A stretch of 50,215 bases of DNA from an uncultured Oligoflexus sp. (lineage in GTDB: Bacteria; Bdellovibrionota_B; Oligoflexia; Oligoflexales; Oligoflexaceae). Location: NCBI GenBank assembly GCA_964236955.1, contig CAXSGP010000027.1, forward strand, positions 1-50,215. The letters are read 5' to 3'. Below are positions 27,228 to 36,685 of this stretch, piece after piece; position 1 is the stretch's first letter; each line of letters opens with the position of its first letter. The translations under genes were made by a program, and so were the position numbers. The notes under the pieces are model-generated. The model made no database searches and was not told the origin of the DNA. It was given only the letters and a program-made list of their open reading frames with translations.

Positions 27228-29333
27228 TTATTCGTCGTCTTTTTTGCCGCCTTTTGCCTGCTCTTCACGGAACTTCTTAACGAGTTGCTCCTGAATCGAC
27301 TGGGGAACGGGACGGTAAGCTGCGAATTCCATTGAGAATGTCGCTTTACCTTGGGTCTTGGAACGCAGGTCGGTCGAGTAACCGAACATCTCGCTCAATG
27401 GGACTTCAGCGATAATAACTGCGTATTCATCCCGAATGTCGGAACCAAGCAGCATACCACGACGTGAGGAAAGGTCGCCTTGAACAGGACCCTGAAACTC
27501 CATAGGAGTCTCTGCTTCAACACGCATGATAGGCTCGAGGATAACTGGCTTAGACTCAAGGAAGGCCTGTTTGAACGCCATCCGGGCGGCAACCTTAAAC
27601 GCCATCTCCGACGAGTCGACGGCGTGGAAGGTACCGTCTTTCAATTCGAACTTGGTATTGATCACTTTGAAACCGCCCAAAGGACCTCTGTCGAGGACTT
27701 CGCGATAACCCTTTTCAACACCGGGGATGTATTCACGGGGAATCGAGCCACCGACGGTGCCGTTGACGAATTCATGAGAATCTTCATCACTCTTAGGCGC
27801 GTCGTTTACCGAAAGGGTACCCACAACATGGCCGTACTGGCCTGAACCACCGGTTTGCTTCTTATGCTTGTAATCAAAGTCTGCTGATTGAGTGGGAGCT
27901 TCGCGATAGTTAACCTTCGGCTGACCGACGATCACGTTCGCTTTGTATTCGCGGCGCATCCGTTCAACGTAAATTTCAAGGTGCAGCTCCCCCATTCCGG
28001 CGATACGGGTTTCGTTCGATTCCTTATCCACCGAAACGCGAAAGGTCGGATCCTCTTTCATGAAACGGTTAAGGGCTTTCGACAGCTTCACAAGGTCTTC
28101 TTGTTTTGCTGGTTTGATGGCAAGTTCGATAACCGGTTCTGGAACGAACATTTTTTCCATCGTTACGTTGATACCTTCAGAGCAATAGGTATCACCTGAA
28201 GCGCACTCAACGCCGACCATCGCGATAATGTCGCCAGCCATAGCCAGATCCACATCCTCACGATCGTTACTGTGCATACGCACGAGACGACCGACCCGCT
28301 GCGACTTTCCCATACGAGGGTTAAAGTAGGTTTCGCCTTTTTTCAGCGTGCCTTGGTAAACGCGGGTGTAGGTCAACTGGCCGAAGTTCTCATCGGCGAT
28401 CTTAAAAGCCATTGCACACAATGGTTTCTTTGGATCAGGGAAGACTTCGATCTTCTCGCCCTTGTCGTTGTCATTGCCCCAGTACTGACGATCCAACGGA
28501 CTCGGCAAATACTTGATAACGGCATCGAGAAGTGTTTGAACGCCTTTGTTACGATAGGCAGTACCCATGAAAACAGGGGTGATCTGCCGAGCGTGAACAG
28601 CTTTTTTGATAGTTGTGTGAATCAGATCAAGAGGGATCTCTTTTTCATCCAACAAGAGTTCGGTCATCTCATCACTGTACATCGAGATGCTGTCGAGCAT
28701 CATCGCGCGATACTTTTCAACTTCGGCAACGAGATCTGCGGGAACCGCCTCACGCCGAACGATTTCACCTTTAGCACCATCAAAGTACACGGCTTCGCGT
28801 GTGATCAAGTCAACGGCGCCTTCATAATCAGCTTCAGCGCCGATAGGATATTGCATGATAACCGTGTTGTGCTGCAGCTTATCGCGCAGAGCGTTGGCAA
28901 CGCGGATAGGGTTGGCGCCTGAACGGTCGAGTTTATTGACGAACGCGAGAGCGGGAACGTTATATCGCTTCATCTGACGGTCGACGGTGATCGACTGTGA
29001 CTGCACTCCGGCAACACCGCAAAGAACGAGGACAGCACCGTCGAGAACACGAAGAGAACGCTCAACTTCTACGGTGAAGTCAACGTGTCCCGGGGTGTCG
29101 ATGAGGTTGATTGTATGATCTTTCCAGAACAGGGTCGTTGCTGCGGAAGTGATCGTGATCCCGCGCTCTTTCTCAAGTTCCATGTGGTCCATCGTAGCGC
29201 CGTCGCCGCCGCCACGAACTTCCTCGATCTTGTGGATCTTTCCACCGTAGAACAGAATACGCTCTGAAAGCGTTGTCTTACCAGAGTCGATGTGGGCGGA
29301 TATACCAATGTTCCTGAGGCTTTCAAGTTTCAT
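27228..29333 (-). CDS. fusA: elongation factor G (stand-alone, spdEFG1-like)
   Basis: RNIGISAHIDSGKTT, ERGITI, DTPGHVDF, NKLDR, GMGELHLEI, HKKQTGGSGQYG, VDSSEMAF, LEPIM. Confidence 0.98.
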   Translation of the reverse strand: MKLESLRNIGISAHIDSGKTTLSERILFYGGKIHKIEEVRGGGDGATMDHMELEKERGITITSAATTLFWKDHTINLIDTPGHVDFTVEVERSLRVLDGAVLVLCGVAGVQSQSITVDRQMKRYNVPALAFVNKLDRSGANPIRVANALRDKLQHNTVIMQYPIGAEADYEGAVDLITREAVYFDGAKGEIVRREAVPADLVAEVEKYRAMMLDSISMYSDEMTELLLDEKEIPLDLIHTTIKKAVHARQITPVFMGTAYRNKGVQTLLDAVIKYLPSPLDRQYWGNDNDKGEKIEVFPDPKKPLCAMAFKIADENFGQLTYTRVYQGTLKKGETYFNPRMGKSQRVGRLVRMHSNDREDVDLAMAGDIIAMVGVECASGDTYCSEGINVTMEKMFVPEPVIELAIKPAKQEDLVKLSKALNRFMKEDPTFRVSVDKESNETRIAGMGELHLEIYVERMRREYKANVIVGQPKVNYREAPTQSADFDYKHKKQTGGSGQYGHVVGTLSVNDAPKSDEDSHEFVNGTVGGSIPREYIPGVEKGYREVLDRGPLGGFKVINTKFELKDGTFHAVDSSEMAFKVAARMAFKQAFLESKPVILEPIMRVEAETPMEFQGPVQGDLSSRRGMLLGSDIRDEYAVIIAEVPLSEMFGYSTDLRSKTQGKATFSMEFAAYRPVPQSIQEQLVKKFREEQAKGGKKDDE

Positions 29334-29632
29334 GGAATATGAACCTTTGCGTATAAGAATAAGTGAACATGCTTTAGAGCACGGGAGGATGTCTAGTTAC
29401 CATAGAATCCTCAAAATTCAAGGACTTCTTATACGCAATTCGGACGTTAATGCCAACTGTATCTTATGGCACGCATAAAGGTGACGCATAAAATCGAAGA
29501 CCTTTCGCTGATGAAAAGCTCGGTATTATAAGGGAATATCACAGTCTTTGCCCATGGCCCAAAGATCAGATTAAAGTCTGCAGCTGCTTCTGACGATCTA
29601 CAAAGCAGTAATTGCCTAGCAGAGAGAAGACT

Positions 29633-30946
29633 ATGAATGAAGCCGTCAAATCTATTAGCCTCGACGAAATTGGCGACATGCCTAGACCTATTGGCATGAG
29701 TGGTCCTGGGGAACGCACCCAGAATAAAGCTTTGCAATATACTCCTCAGTACGCCTCTCAATTTCAAACGACGACCAGCACAATGCCTGTGAGTGGCAAT
29801 AATCAAGAAACGCAGAAACGATCGGAGAAATTCTCGATCGCTAGCTCGATGAGCCTCCTCTCAGCAGCCCTGCCGATTAAATTTTCCCAATCAAAACATA
29901 CGGCACTTATCGCGCTTGGCGTTGGTCTTCTCGCTGCCGGAGCCGCTGTTTATATTTTTTACGGTGAGGCGCTATTCGAATCCCTGTCTGGGCGGGGGGA
30001 TAATCAAGTGGAAAGTGAGCCAGTAAATGAGCCTCAAAGAGCTGAAATAGTTAAGACAAAGTCGAAATCAGTTAAGGTCGAGACTTTGCCGGCACCCTTG
30101 CAGGTGACGGCTGAGGTTAAAGAGATTCCCGGAAACCCGTACTGGAAGCTGCCGAACCCGGTCGCCTCAGCGGCAGAAGCCGCTGGTGCAATATCCCCCC
30201 AGCAGACCGAAAGCTGGCGCGGTGGCTTGGCCCATCCTTTCAATTTTCAGCGCTATAAAGCGGCCGAGAGCATGCGGCAGGCTAAGATCTATGGCAGCGT
30301 CTCTATCCTCTATGAAGCGATCGCCCAGCCCAAGCTGTGGACTCGTATGGAAGCCCTCCTGGGCATCGCCGAACAGGGATTGGCGATCGATACGGACAGC
30401 ATGCGCGCGGCAATAGGCGATGCCCGCAGTGATCTCGTTCGCAATTATTTCAGGCGCTTCCGGCAAAACTATGGCGACGGCGCAGCCCATGTGATGCGCC
30501 AGGCCCTGCGGGTGACTGATCCCAGCATCCGTACGCTTATCCTTTCTATCCTGGCCGATCATCGCGATAAAACCAATGACATGTATCTAATCGCAGGGAC
30601 CAAAGATGTTGACCCCAAAACCGGGGCGTTTGCCAAGCGGATTTTGAACAAACGCGCTCCCATGGCAGCAGCAGAGGAAGCCTATCGTGCAGCTGTGTCG
30701 ATGACGGCTGTGGTCGAAAAAAAGCCCAATGTACCCAAAGCGTCGGCGGTTGATATTCAAGTGGAAAAAATACCGGCGAATCTCAATGTGGAGGAAGTCT
30801 ACTTCGTCAAGGACGACGAGGCCTCGCCTGTCGAAGATTCAAAGCCTGAGGAGGCACCCGCCGAAGTCAAAGAGGATGATGGATTTAATGATTTGAATCC
30901 ATCCAATCAAAGCGCGACCCCAACTAAAACGCCAATGTCGAATTAA
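29633..30946 (+). CDS. hypothetical membrane-anchored protein with a helical (HEAT-like) domain
   Basis: Single TM (ALIALGVGLLAAGAAVYIFY), helical core (WTRMEALLGIAE, DPSIRTLILSIL), acidic low-complexity tail; ATG 29633 preferred. Confidence 0.7.
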   Translation: MNEAVKSISLDEIGDMPRPIGMSGPGERTQNKALQYTPQYASQFQTTTSTMPVSGNNQETQKRSEKFSIASSMSLLSAALPIKFSQSKHTALIALGVGLLAAGAAVYIFYGEALFESLSGRGDNQVESEPVNEPQRAEIVKTKSKSVKVETLPAPLQVTAEVKEIPGNPYWKLPNPVASAAEAAGAISPQQTESWRGGLAHPFNFQRYKAAESMRQAKIYGSVSILYEAIAQPKLWTRMEALLGIAEQGLAIDTDSMRAAIGDARSDLVRNYFRRFRQNYGDGAAHVMRQALRVTDPSIRTLILSILADHRDKTNDMYLIAGTKDVDPKTGAFAKRILNKRAPMAAAEEAYRAAVSMTAVVEKKPNVPKASAVDIQVEKIPANLNVEEVYFVKDDEASPVEDSKPEEAPAEVKEDDGFNDLNPSNQSATPTKTPMSN

Positions 30947-30960
30947 TTCTTGGGTCATGA

Positions 30961-31761
30961 TCAAAGAGCTGCCCCTGCATGAGACAGCTCAACTTCGTAG
31001 CCGCTAAAGCTACGAATATTGATAACTCCCGTATCGAAAATCAAATACTGACCCTTGATTCCCATCAGAGTGCCTTCAATCATCGGCGTTTTCTCAAGAT
31101 TGAGCGAGACGATTTTTTTGGGGTGCTCGAGGACCGGATAGTCGATGTGAATCGAAGCATCGTTCGACGCTGTTCCTATCGTCGCAGGTAAGTACCCAAA
31201 GGCTCTTTGCCTTTCGACGTTTAAATCGATTGCGGGACTATCGCCTTTGAGCATCTTACGCCAGTTGGTTTTATCGGCAAAATGAGCCTTAAGCTGCGAT
31301 TCAAGTTCGCCGCTGGCGAGGCGGGTATCGAGGTTGATCACGGGTATGGCTTCAATGGCCCCTTGATCCATCCATCGGGTGAGCCTTTGATGGGCACGGG
31401 TGATGCCGACTTTAAGACCCGAAGAATTGGCCAGATATAGAGTATGCGGGATCATGCAGTTGGCCTGGCCCCACTCGGGTTCGCGGCAGCTCCCTTTGGA
31501 AAAATGGCAAAGTTCGGGTCGGACGATACACATATCGCAGCGAGCGAGTTTGCGCGAGCAGGGAAAACAATAACCTTGCTGAAAACTTTTTTTGGTCTTT
31601 TTGCCGCAAAAAAGACAAAGAATCTGCCCGCTCGACTGCATTTTGAGTCGGTGCCCCAGCAGCGGGTTCAGGGCTAGTTCCTCACCCAGTCCTTGAAGAC
31701 GGTAGTGGACCGATTCCCCGTCTTTCCATTCGGTGGCCATTTTGCTAAGCACACACTTCAT
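30961..31761 (-). CDS. DUF2797 family protein
   Basis: CLFCGKKTKKSFQQGYCFPC, CDMCIVRPELCHF, CREPEWG, YLANSSGLKVGITR, TRWMDQGA, DKTNWRKMLK, GIKGQYLIFD. Confidence 0.9.
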   Translation of the reverse strand: MKCVLSKMATEWKDGESVHYRLQGLGEELALNPLLGHRLKMQSSGQILCLFCGKKTKKSFQQGYCFPCSRKLARCDMCIVRPELCHFSKGSCREPEWGQANCMIPHTLYLANSSGLKVGITRAHQRLTRWMDQGAIEAIPVINLDTRLASGELESQLKAHFADKTNWRKMLKGDSPAIDLNVERQRAFGYLPATIGTASNDASIHIDYPVLEHPKKIVSLNLEKTPMIEGTLMGIKGQYLIFDTGVINIRSFSGYEVELSHAGAAL

Positions 31762-31780
31762 ACGACTGCCTCACCTGCAA

Positions 31781-32194
31781 TTACTGACAGCGTATCAGAT
31801 ACTTTGCCTTATAGTCATCGTCGTCCGTCATCATTTCATTCGATCCGCTGGACTCGCCCTGTCCCAAGGCACGAACGACACGCTCTGCGGTCCTTACCCC
31901 GGCAACGATAGACTCGTCAAATTGACCTTGATAGACGGGATCAGGCCGCGCGATGTAGATAGCTTCTTTGGATTTTTTACGGCAGTAGTGCTCGGCCCCA
32001 TCGGTAGCAAATTTTGCTGCGGTCTCCTTATTGCGATCGACAGCTTCAATTTGCACGCTTCCGTCAGCAAGGGGATAGGATCGGTAAGGCGGGGGACTCA
32101 TCAAAGTTGTGCAAGCGGACGTGGCCGTTAAAGATAGTGCGACGCATAAAAATGTCAAGCTTGAGATCGCTGTCTGAGACCGGGTCGAATTCAT
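31781..32194 (-). CDS. putative lipoprotein
   Basis: GGAGG RBS, signal peptide with TSAC lipobox, A..YC and terminal RC Cys pair. Confidence 0.75.
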   Translation of the reverse strand: MNSTRSQTAISSLTFLCVALSLTATSACTTLMSPPPYRSYPLADGSVQIEAVDRNKETAAKFATDGAEHYCRKKSKEAIYIARPDPVYQGQFDESIVAGVRTAERVVRALGQGESSGSNEMMTDDDDYKAKYLIRCQ

Positions 32195-32389
32195 AGTCTT
32201 ACCTCCACAATCTTTCTGCTGCTTATCACAATGCCAGTGAGGAGACCATGAAAGAGAAGAAAGCCTGAAACTAAGGTGGAGGCAAAGATAAAGAATGACT
32301 CTGCTTCACCAGAGGCCGGTAAGGGTCATTGAAAAGTGGCAAGGTCACCTGCTCAAGCAGACGATCCTGCCTTTTTTTTGTAATAGCGA

Positions 32390-34351
32390 TCAGGGGCGTC
32401 GGCTGAGTCGCATCGATTCCAGAATCAAAGAGACGTCGTCGCCCGAATGAAAGGTGATCTGAATACCCTTTATTGTTTCATCCGTAATACCAAAATCGCT
32501 CAATTCAAACCGGGCGGTCTGATAGAGAATCGGGACATAGCGAAAGTAGATAGCGGTACGGCCAGCCATGGCCTGACTTCCATCATATTGAAAGTAATTG
32601 TCATACCAGTTATCGAGCATAACGTAGTCTTGAATGTTGACACTTGAAGTCACTCTGCCATCGGCAAGGACGAGGGCAATATCAAAGGTGTCGTCAAGCT
32701 TTCGCTTTGGGCATTCCAGTTGAAAATCCTGATTATACGAATAACAACCTTTGCGCATGGCCAGCGCCAGGTCCAAAGTCCATAGGTCTCGGCCCGATTG
32801 GGGCGCTTCAAACGGGAGATAGGCCGTGCGCGGAGACATGGTATGAGTGCCCTGGCCTTCGATCACTGCCGCTGAGCGTATAAAGGAGCCGTTGGAAAGC
32901 ACGGCACTGTATGTCTCGCCTGAAAAATTTCTACCGAAATCTGCGAGCGCCTGATTCATCAAGGCGATTTGATGCTGCACATGATTCTTCAGGTTGTCGA
33001 CCGTCAGGCCTTTCCCCAGAGAGACCGGACTCATAGCGAAAGTGCCATCAAAAACCTGTTTACTATGGTCGGCTAGAAGATATTCACGACTGCTTGGGGC
33101 CAAGTCGCTCAACTCGTGAGGAAGGCGATATTGAGGGTCAAAGATATGATCCCATTTAAGTTCCTTGCCCCTGCCCAGATGAGAATGAAAAAAGGCCAGC
33201 ATCAGGGCCTGTTCAAATTTGATCTGGGTGGCCGATCCGGTAAGTCCGGCACGGGCGTATTCGTCCAGACCCTGGAAGTCAGAAGGCATCGCTGCGGCAT
33301 TTACATCCCACAGAGGCACCTGCTCGCCTATGCATTCATGGGGAGCATCCGAAACCTGCCATTGGGAATTGAAGAAATTGTGATTGGCTCCCCAGAGGGT
33401 GAAGACGGATTTAGGAAAACCGTCTCTGCCATCAAGTTCCATCCGCTCAAATGGATTCACTCCCGAGAAATCCGAAACGTCGCGATCGCAGCCAGGTATC
33501 AGAACATTCCAGGCAACACCACGCGCTTCAATCTTATTGAGCCCTGAGTTAGTGCCCACATCAACTGGGCCGATTTCAAAGATGCCCTGGAACTGTAGAC
33601 CCGGAATACGCACCTTCCATTTGCCGGAACCTTGAGAATCTTTATAGATATTGTAGGCGTAGCGTACGCCTTCGCCGCCGCGGGAATGGCCCATCAGGCC
33701 AACTTTGCTGATGTCGAGCCTGTTAAAAAGATCCAATCCTTCGGCATGCAGGAGGGAGCTCTTACCATCGCGGGACCATTTGAAAAGTTCTTCTATGTGC
33801 CGAAGTACAAGATTGCCCCGAGCATAGATCAAAGAACTATCAAAAGAGTCTGTCCCGTCCCGACCGGTTATGCCGCGATTGGCATTTATCGACGCAACCG
33901 CATAGCCCCAGGACGCTAGGAGCCGGGCGCTTGCGTCATAACCCCGATAGCTTGGAACTTCGACATATCCTGCCGGGCAGCGGCCGGAAGTCGTAAAATC
34001 AACATTAAGATCAAGCCGGGGGTTGCCTTCGCCCGAACTAAGACCACAGGTGGAATGGTTGCCATGCAAAAAAACGACGAGGGGAAAAGGCCCCTTTCCT
34101 TTTGGCAGAAAGATGCGGCCCCTTACATCAGTCTTTACCTGGGTATGAACATTCAAAACATCGGCATCGACCAAGGCTCCGGAATCGTACTCATATTCCG
34201 CAATGGCAAATGCCCCCTTTTTCAGAAGGTCGATTTGAGACAAAGACTCATCGACTATTTTAGTCGTCGATGCTGATGTTTTGAGGGGTGATGGTGAGCA
34301 GGCGGCCGCGACCAGCCCGAGAGAAATTAGAAGCGAACCAAACTTCCCCAT
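32390..34351 (-). CDS. lipoprotein alpha/beta hydrolase with C-terminal beta-rich domain
   Basis: Lipobox AAAC, PFPLVVFLHGNH, LASWGYAVASI, nucleophile GHSRGG, DRDV, GANHNFFN; GGAG RBS before ATG 34351. Confidence 0.88.
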   Translation of the reverse strand: MGKFGSLLISLGLVAAACSPSPLKTSASTTKIVDESLSQIDLLKKGAFAIAEYEYDSGALVDADVLNVHTQVKTDVRGRIFLPKGKGPFPLVVFLHGNHSTCGLSSGEGNPRLDLNVDFTTSGRCPAGYVEVPSYRGYDASARLLASWGYAVASINANRGITGRDGTDSFDSSLIYARGNLVLRHIEELFKWSRDGKSSLLHAEGLDLFNRLDISKVGLMGHSRGGEGVRYAYNIYKDSQGSGKWKVRIPGLQFQGIFEIGPVDVGTNSGLNKIEARGVAWNVLIPGCDRDVSDFSGVNPFERMELDGRDGFPKSVFTLWGANHNFFNSQWQVSDAPHECIGEQVPLWDVNAAAMPSDFQGLDEYARAGLTGSATQIKFEQALMLAFFHSHLGRGKELKWDHIFDPQYRLPHELSDLAPSSREYLLADHSKQVFDGTFAMSPVSLGKGLTVDNLKNHVQHQIALMNQALADFGRNFSGETYSAVLSNGSFIRSAAVIEGQGTHTMSPRTAYLPFEAPQSGRDLWTLDLALAMRKGCYSYNQDFQLECPKRKLDDTFDIALVLADGRVTSSVNIQDYVMLDNWYDNYFQYDGSQAMAGRTAIYFRYVPILYQTARFELSDFGITDETIKGIQITFHSGDDVSLILESMRLSRRP

Positions 34352-34523
34352 GGAGTACTCCAAAAATGCTAAATCGTCTTAATCTTGGCACCCGTTGATT
34401 AATCCAAGTCCCCATCAAAGTCTATCGATTTTGTTCCTTTTAAACCCGGTAAGTCGATAGTATCTGGCGAGGTGGGCCTTAGATTTCAAAGGCTTAAGCA
34501 GTGGATGCCCAGATGGCGAATGC

Positions 34524-34553
34524 AAAATAGCCGCCTGGAAAGTCCAAGCGGCT
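34524..34553 (-). terminator. probable intrinsic terminator downstream of the 34625 gene
   Basis: AGCCGCCTGGA-aag-TCCAAGCGGCT stem preceded by AAAAT on +. Confidence 0.6.
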
Positions 34554-34624
34554 GAAATGAGGCAATAGCGGTATGGGGAAGGAAAGACTGAGCAAAGTCT
34601 GTTAGAACTGGCTCCGTTTTTCGC

Positions 34625-36016
34625 TTATTTGGTCAGGCCATTCCAGTTCACTTCGTCGCGATCAGGAAGGGTGAATTCGTTGAGTTCGTCTTCGATTTGC
34701 TTCGCCGATTTGCGGGTTTCGCGCTCGTCCTTATCCATCTCATTGATGAGGCGAAGTCTTTCGGCTTCCTGAGTGCTCATTGCCTGCTCCGATTTAACTT
34801 TTTCAACCTTTTTTTCATGAGCAAGCTGCGCACGGTACTCGCGTTCAGCCTTTTCCGTCGCAGTTTCGCTGCGCTTGTTTTCTGATGAGACCTGTTCATC
34901 CCATTTTTCAAATTCGTCGCTGCCCGGAGCGTTGATGACAGCAGCGGGCCGGTCGCCGTTTTTCGTCTTTTCGATTTCGTCTTGGAAGATCGGGATTTCA
35001 CCCAATCCTTCGTCCTGTCCCCCGGTCTTTAAATTTTCAAAGACTGCTCCCGATTCAGTTTCAGCGGGCGGTGCCAAGGGCTTGGGTGACGAGGGCAGCG
35101 CTTTAATCGAAGCGCCGTCGTCCGATTCTGCGGGCGGCACAGAGGCGGCCGCCTTGGACGAGGCTTTACCAAGCATCATTTGCAGAGCGATTTGGAAGCT
35201 ACGCTCAGGAACTCCGACATTGCGGCTGCCCGTCGGGATAAGGAGCGAGGCCTGGGCCGAAACATCCTGATAATTGCCAGAAAATCCAATTTCGTGGCTT
35301 AAACTTGTAGGCATACTCTTAGCTGAATTCGCGCTTTTCCAGGGCATGCTTCGCATCTGTGATTCGGTAAAGATCTGAAGCGCAGGGGAACCGACGCTGA
35401 CGCGAGTGCCGTAGAGGATCTCGTCGTTGAGACGGGATGTGCGGAACTTTTCGTCCTTGCGGCGCGTCGCACCTATAAAAAAGCCGGCTTGAGTATAAGC
35501 GAAAGGCGATCCGTCGATATGAAAGGCGATTCCGCTTTTATCCTGGCTGGCCTGGTGAAAGCTACTGCGATCTGCAGTTCCAGGTTCGTACTGAACAAGG
35601 ATTGAAGTATTGAGGTTCTCGCTTTGAGTCAAACGAAGCCGGCCGTAGATTGCGCCGCCCAGATGTTGGCTTTTGTGGTCCCCATCTCCATCGATTGCAT
35701 GGGGGCTATCCGAACTTGCCTGCTGACTGTCATAGAGGGAAAGGCCCGTTTCTATAGAAAAGGGAAGGAGGATGCTTGCATTGAATTCACGGCGAATGCT
35801 GCTTGAGTCTTCGACGTTTTTGGCGATGGGATGCAGAACATAGTTATGACCTTCGACAAAGTTGATGCCGAGGCGGTAGGCAAAGGGATTATTCAGTTTC
35901 AATTCGGGACGCGCTAAGTCGATGTCAAATGCCTTGAATTCAGTGGGAAGGACATCGGCAGCGTTTACAGCTGAAGACCACATTAGACCGAGCAACAACA
36001 GGTTCTGGCTTTTCAT
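34625..36016 (-). CDS. putative outer-membrane beta-barrel protein with Pro-rich linker and charged helical tail
   Basis: Signal peptide MKSQNLLLLGLMWSSAVNA, amphipathic beta-strand pattern, Pro/Ser linker, Glu/Lys-rich C-terminus. Confidence 0.65.
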   Translation of the reverse strand: MKSQNLLLLGLMWSSAVNAADVLPTEFKAFDIDLARPELKLNNPFAYRLGINFVEGHNYVLHPIAKNVEDSSSIRREFNASILLPFSIETGLSLYDSQQASSDSPHAIDGDGDHKSQHLGGAIYGRLRLTQSENLNTSILVQYEPGTADRSSFHQASQDKSGIAFHIDGSPFAYTQAGFFIGATRRKDEKFRTSRLNDEILYGTRVSVGSPALQIFTESQMRSMPWKSANSAKSMPTSLSHEIGFSGNYQDVSAQASLLIPTGSRNVGVPERSFQIALQMMLGKASSKAAASVPPAESDDGASIKALPSSPKPLAPPAETESGAVFENLKTGGQDEGLGEIPIFQDEIEKTKNGDRPAAVINAPGSDEFEKWDEQVSSENKRSETATEKAEREYRAQLAHEKKVEKVKSEQAMSTQEAERLRLINEMDKDERETRKSAKQIEDELNEFTLPDRDEVNWNGLTK

Positions 36017-36092
36017 GTCACTTACCCTACATACACAGACTATTTTCTTTAACTCATGGGGCACTCAGTTCGAGCCACCTGGAGACTGAGTC

Positions 36093-36109
36093 TGCAACCT
36101 ATGTGCCAA
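36093..36109 (-). promoter_or_regulatory. sigma54 (-24/-12) promoter
   Basis: Minus strand TTGGCACATAGGTTGCA = TGGCAC-N5-TTGC with exact GG-N10-GC spacing, upstream of the 36016 start. Confidence 0.8.
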
Positions 36110-36234
36110 AATTGCGGACTACCCCTGCGTTCATTGCTCCCTTGGGAACTTTTGAAATGATTGAGGATATAAGTTTAAAAGGGTTTGCATGACAGGTGTT
36201 GCGGGCAAGAATAGAGAGGGGGCAGCCCGGGAGT

Positions 36235-36264
36235 GCACGACAGCTGTCCAAAATTTTGTCGTGC
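36235..36264. promoter_or_regulatory. inverted repeat, candidate enhancer-binding-protein site
   Basis: GCACGACA-N14-TGTCGTGC about 130-150 bp upstream of the sigma54 motif. Confidence 0.45.
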
Positions 36265-36685
36265 GAATTATACGTCCTCATATCAGGGGATTGGCCATTT
36301 CTAGGGCAGCATGGATAGGGCAAGGTGAACGAGGATTGGACGGAATGGACCGGCTTTTTAGCAAGGGAAAGAAGCGGTTCTCGAGGGGAAAAGACTCAGC
36401 TTTTAGAACGTTATAGCCTAAGGTAGGCCGGGCCTTGCAGCGGTTCCCGGGCTTCATGAGGCAAGTGCTTAAAAAATTTGACAGTTGGACAGTTCCTAAC
36501 CTTAAAAATTGTAACCATGAGAAATGCCATTCGTGATGGGGCTAATGACCCTAGCATCGCTGCCGAAGGGAACAAGATTTTTCTTCTGCTTCAGCACCTT
36601 TGATCCGGGGGAGCGATTGGGCGGTTAAAAAACCGAATGCCTCGGAACAGGGATGGGATGTCACCAAAATTTTTTATGGGGAGCT

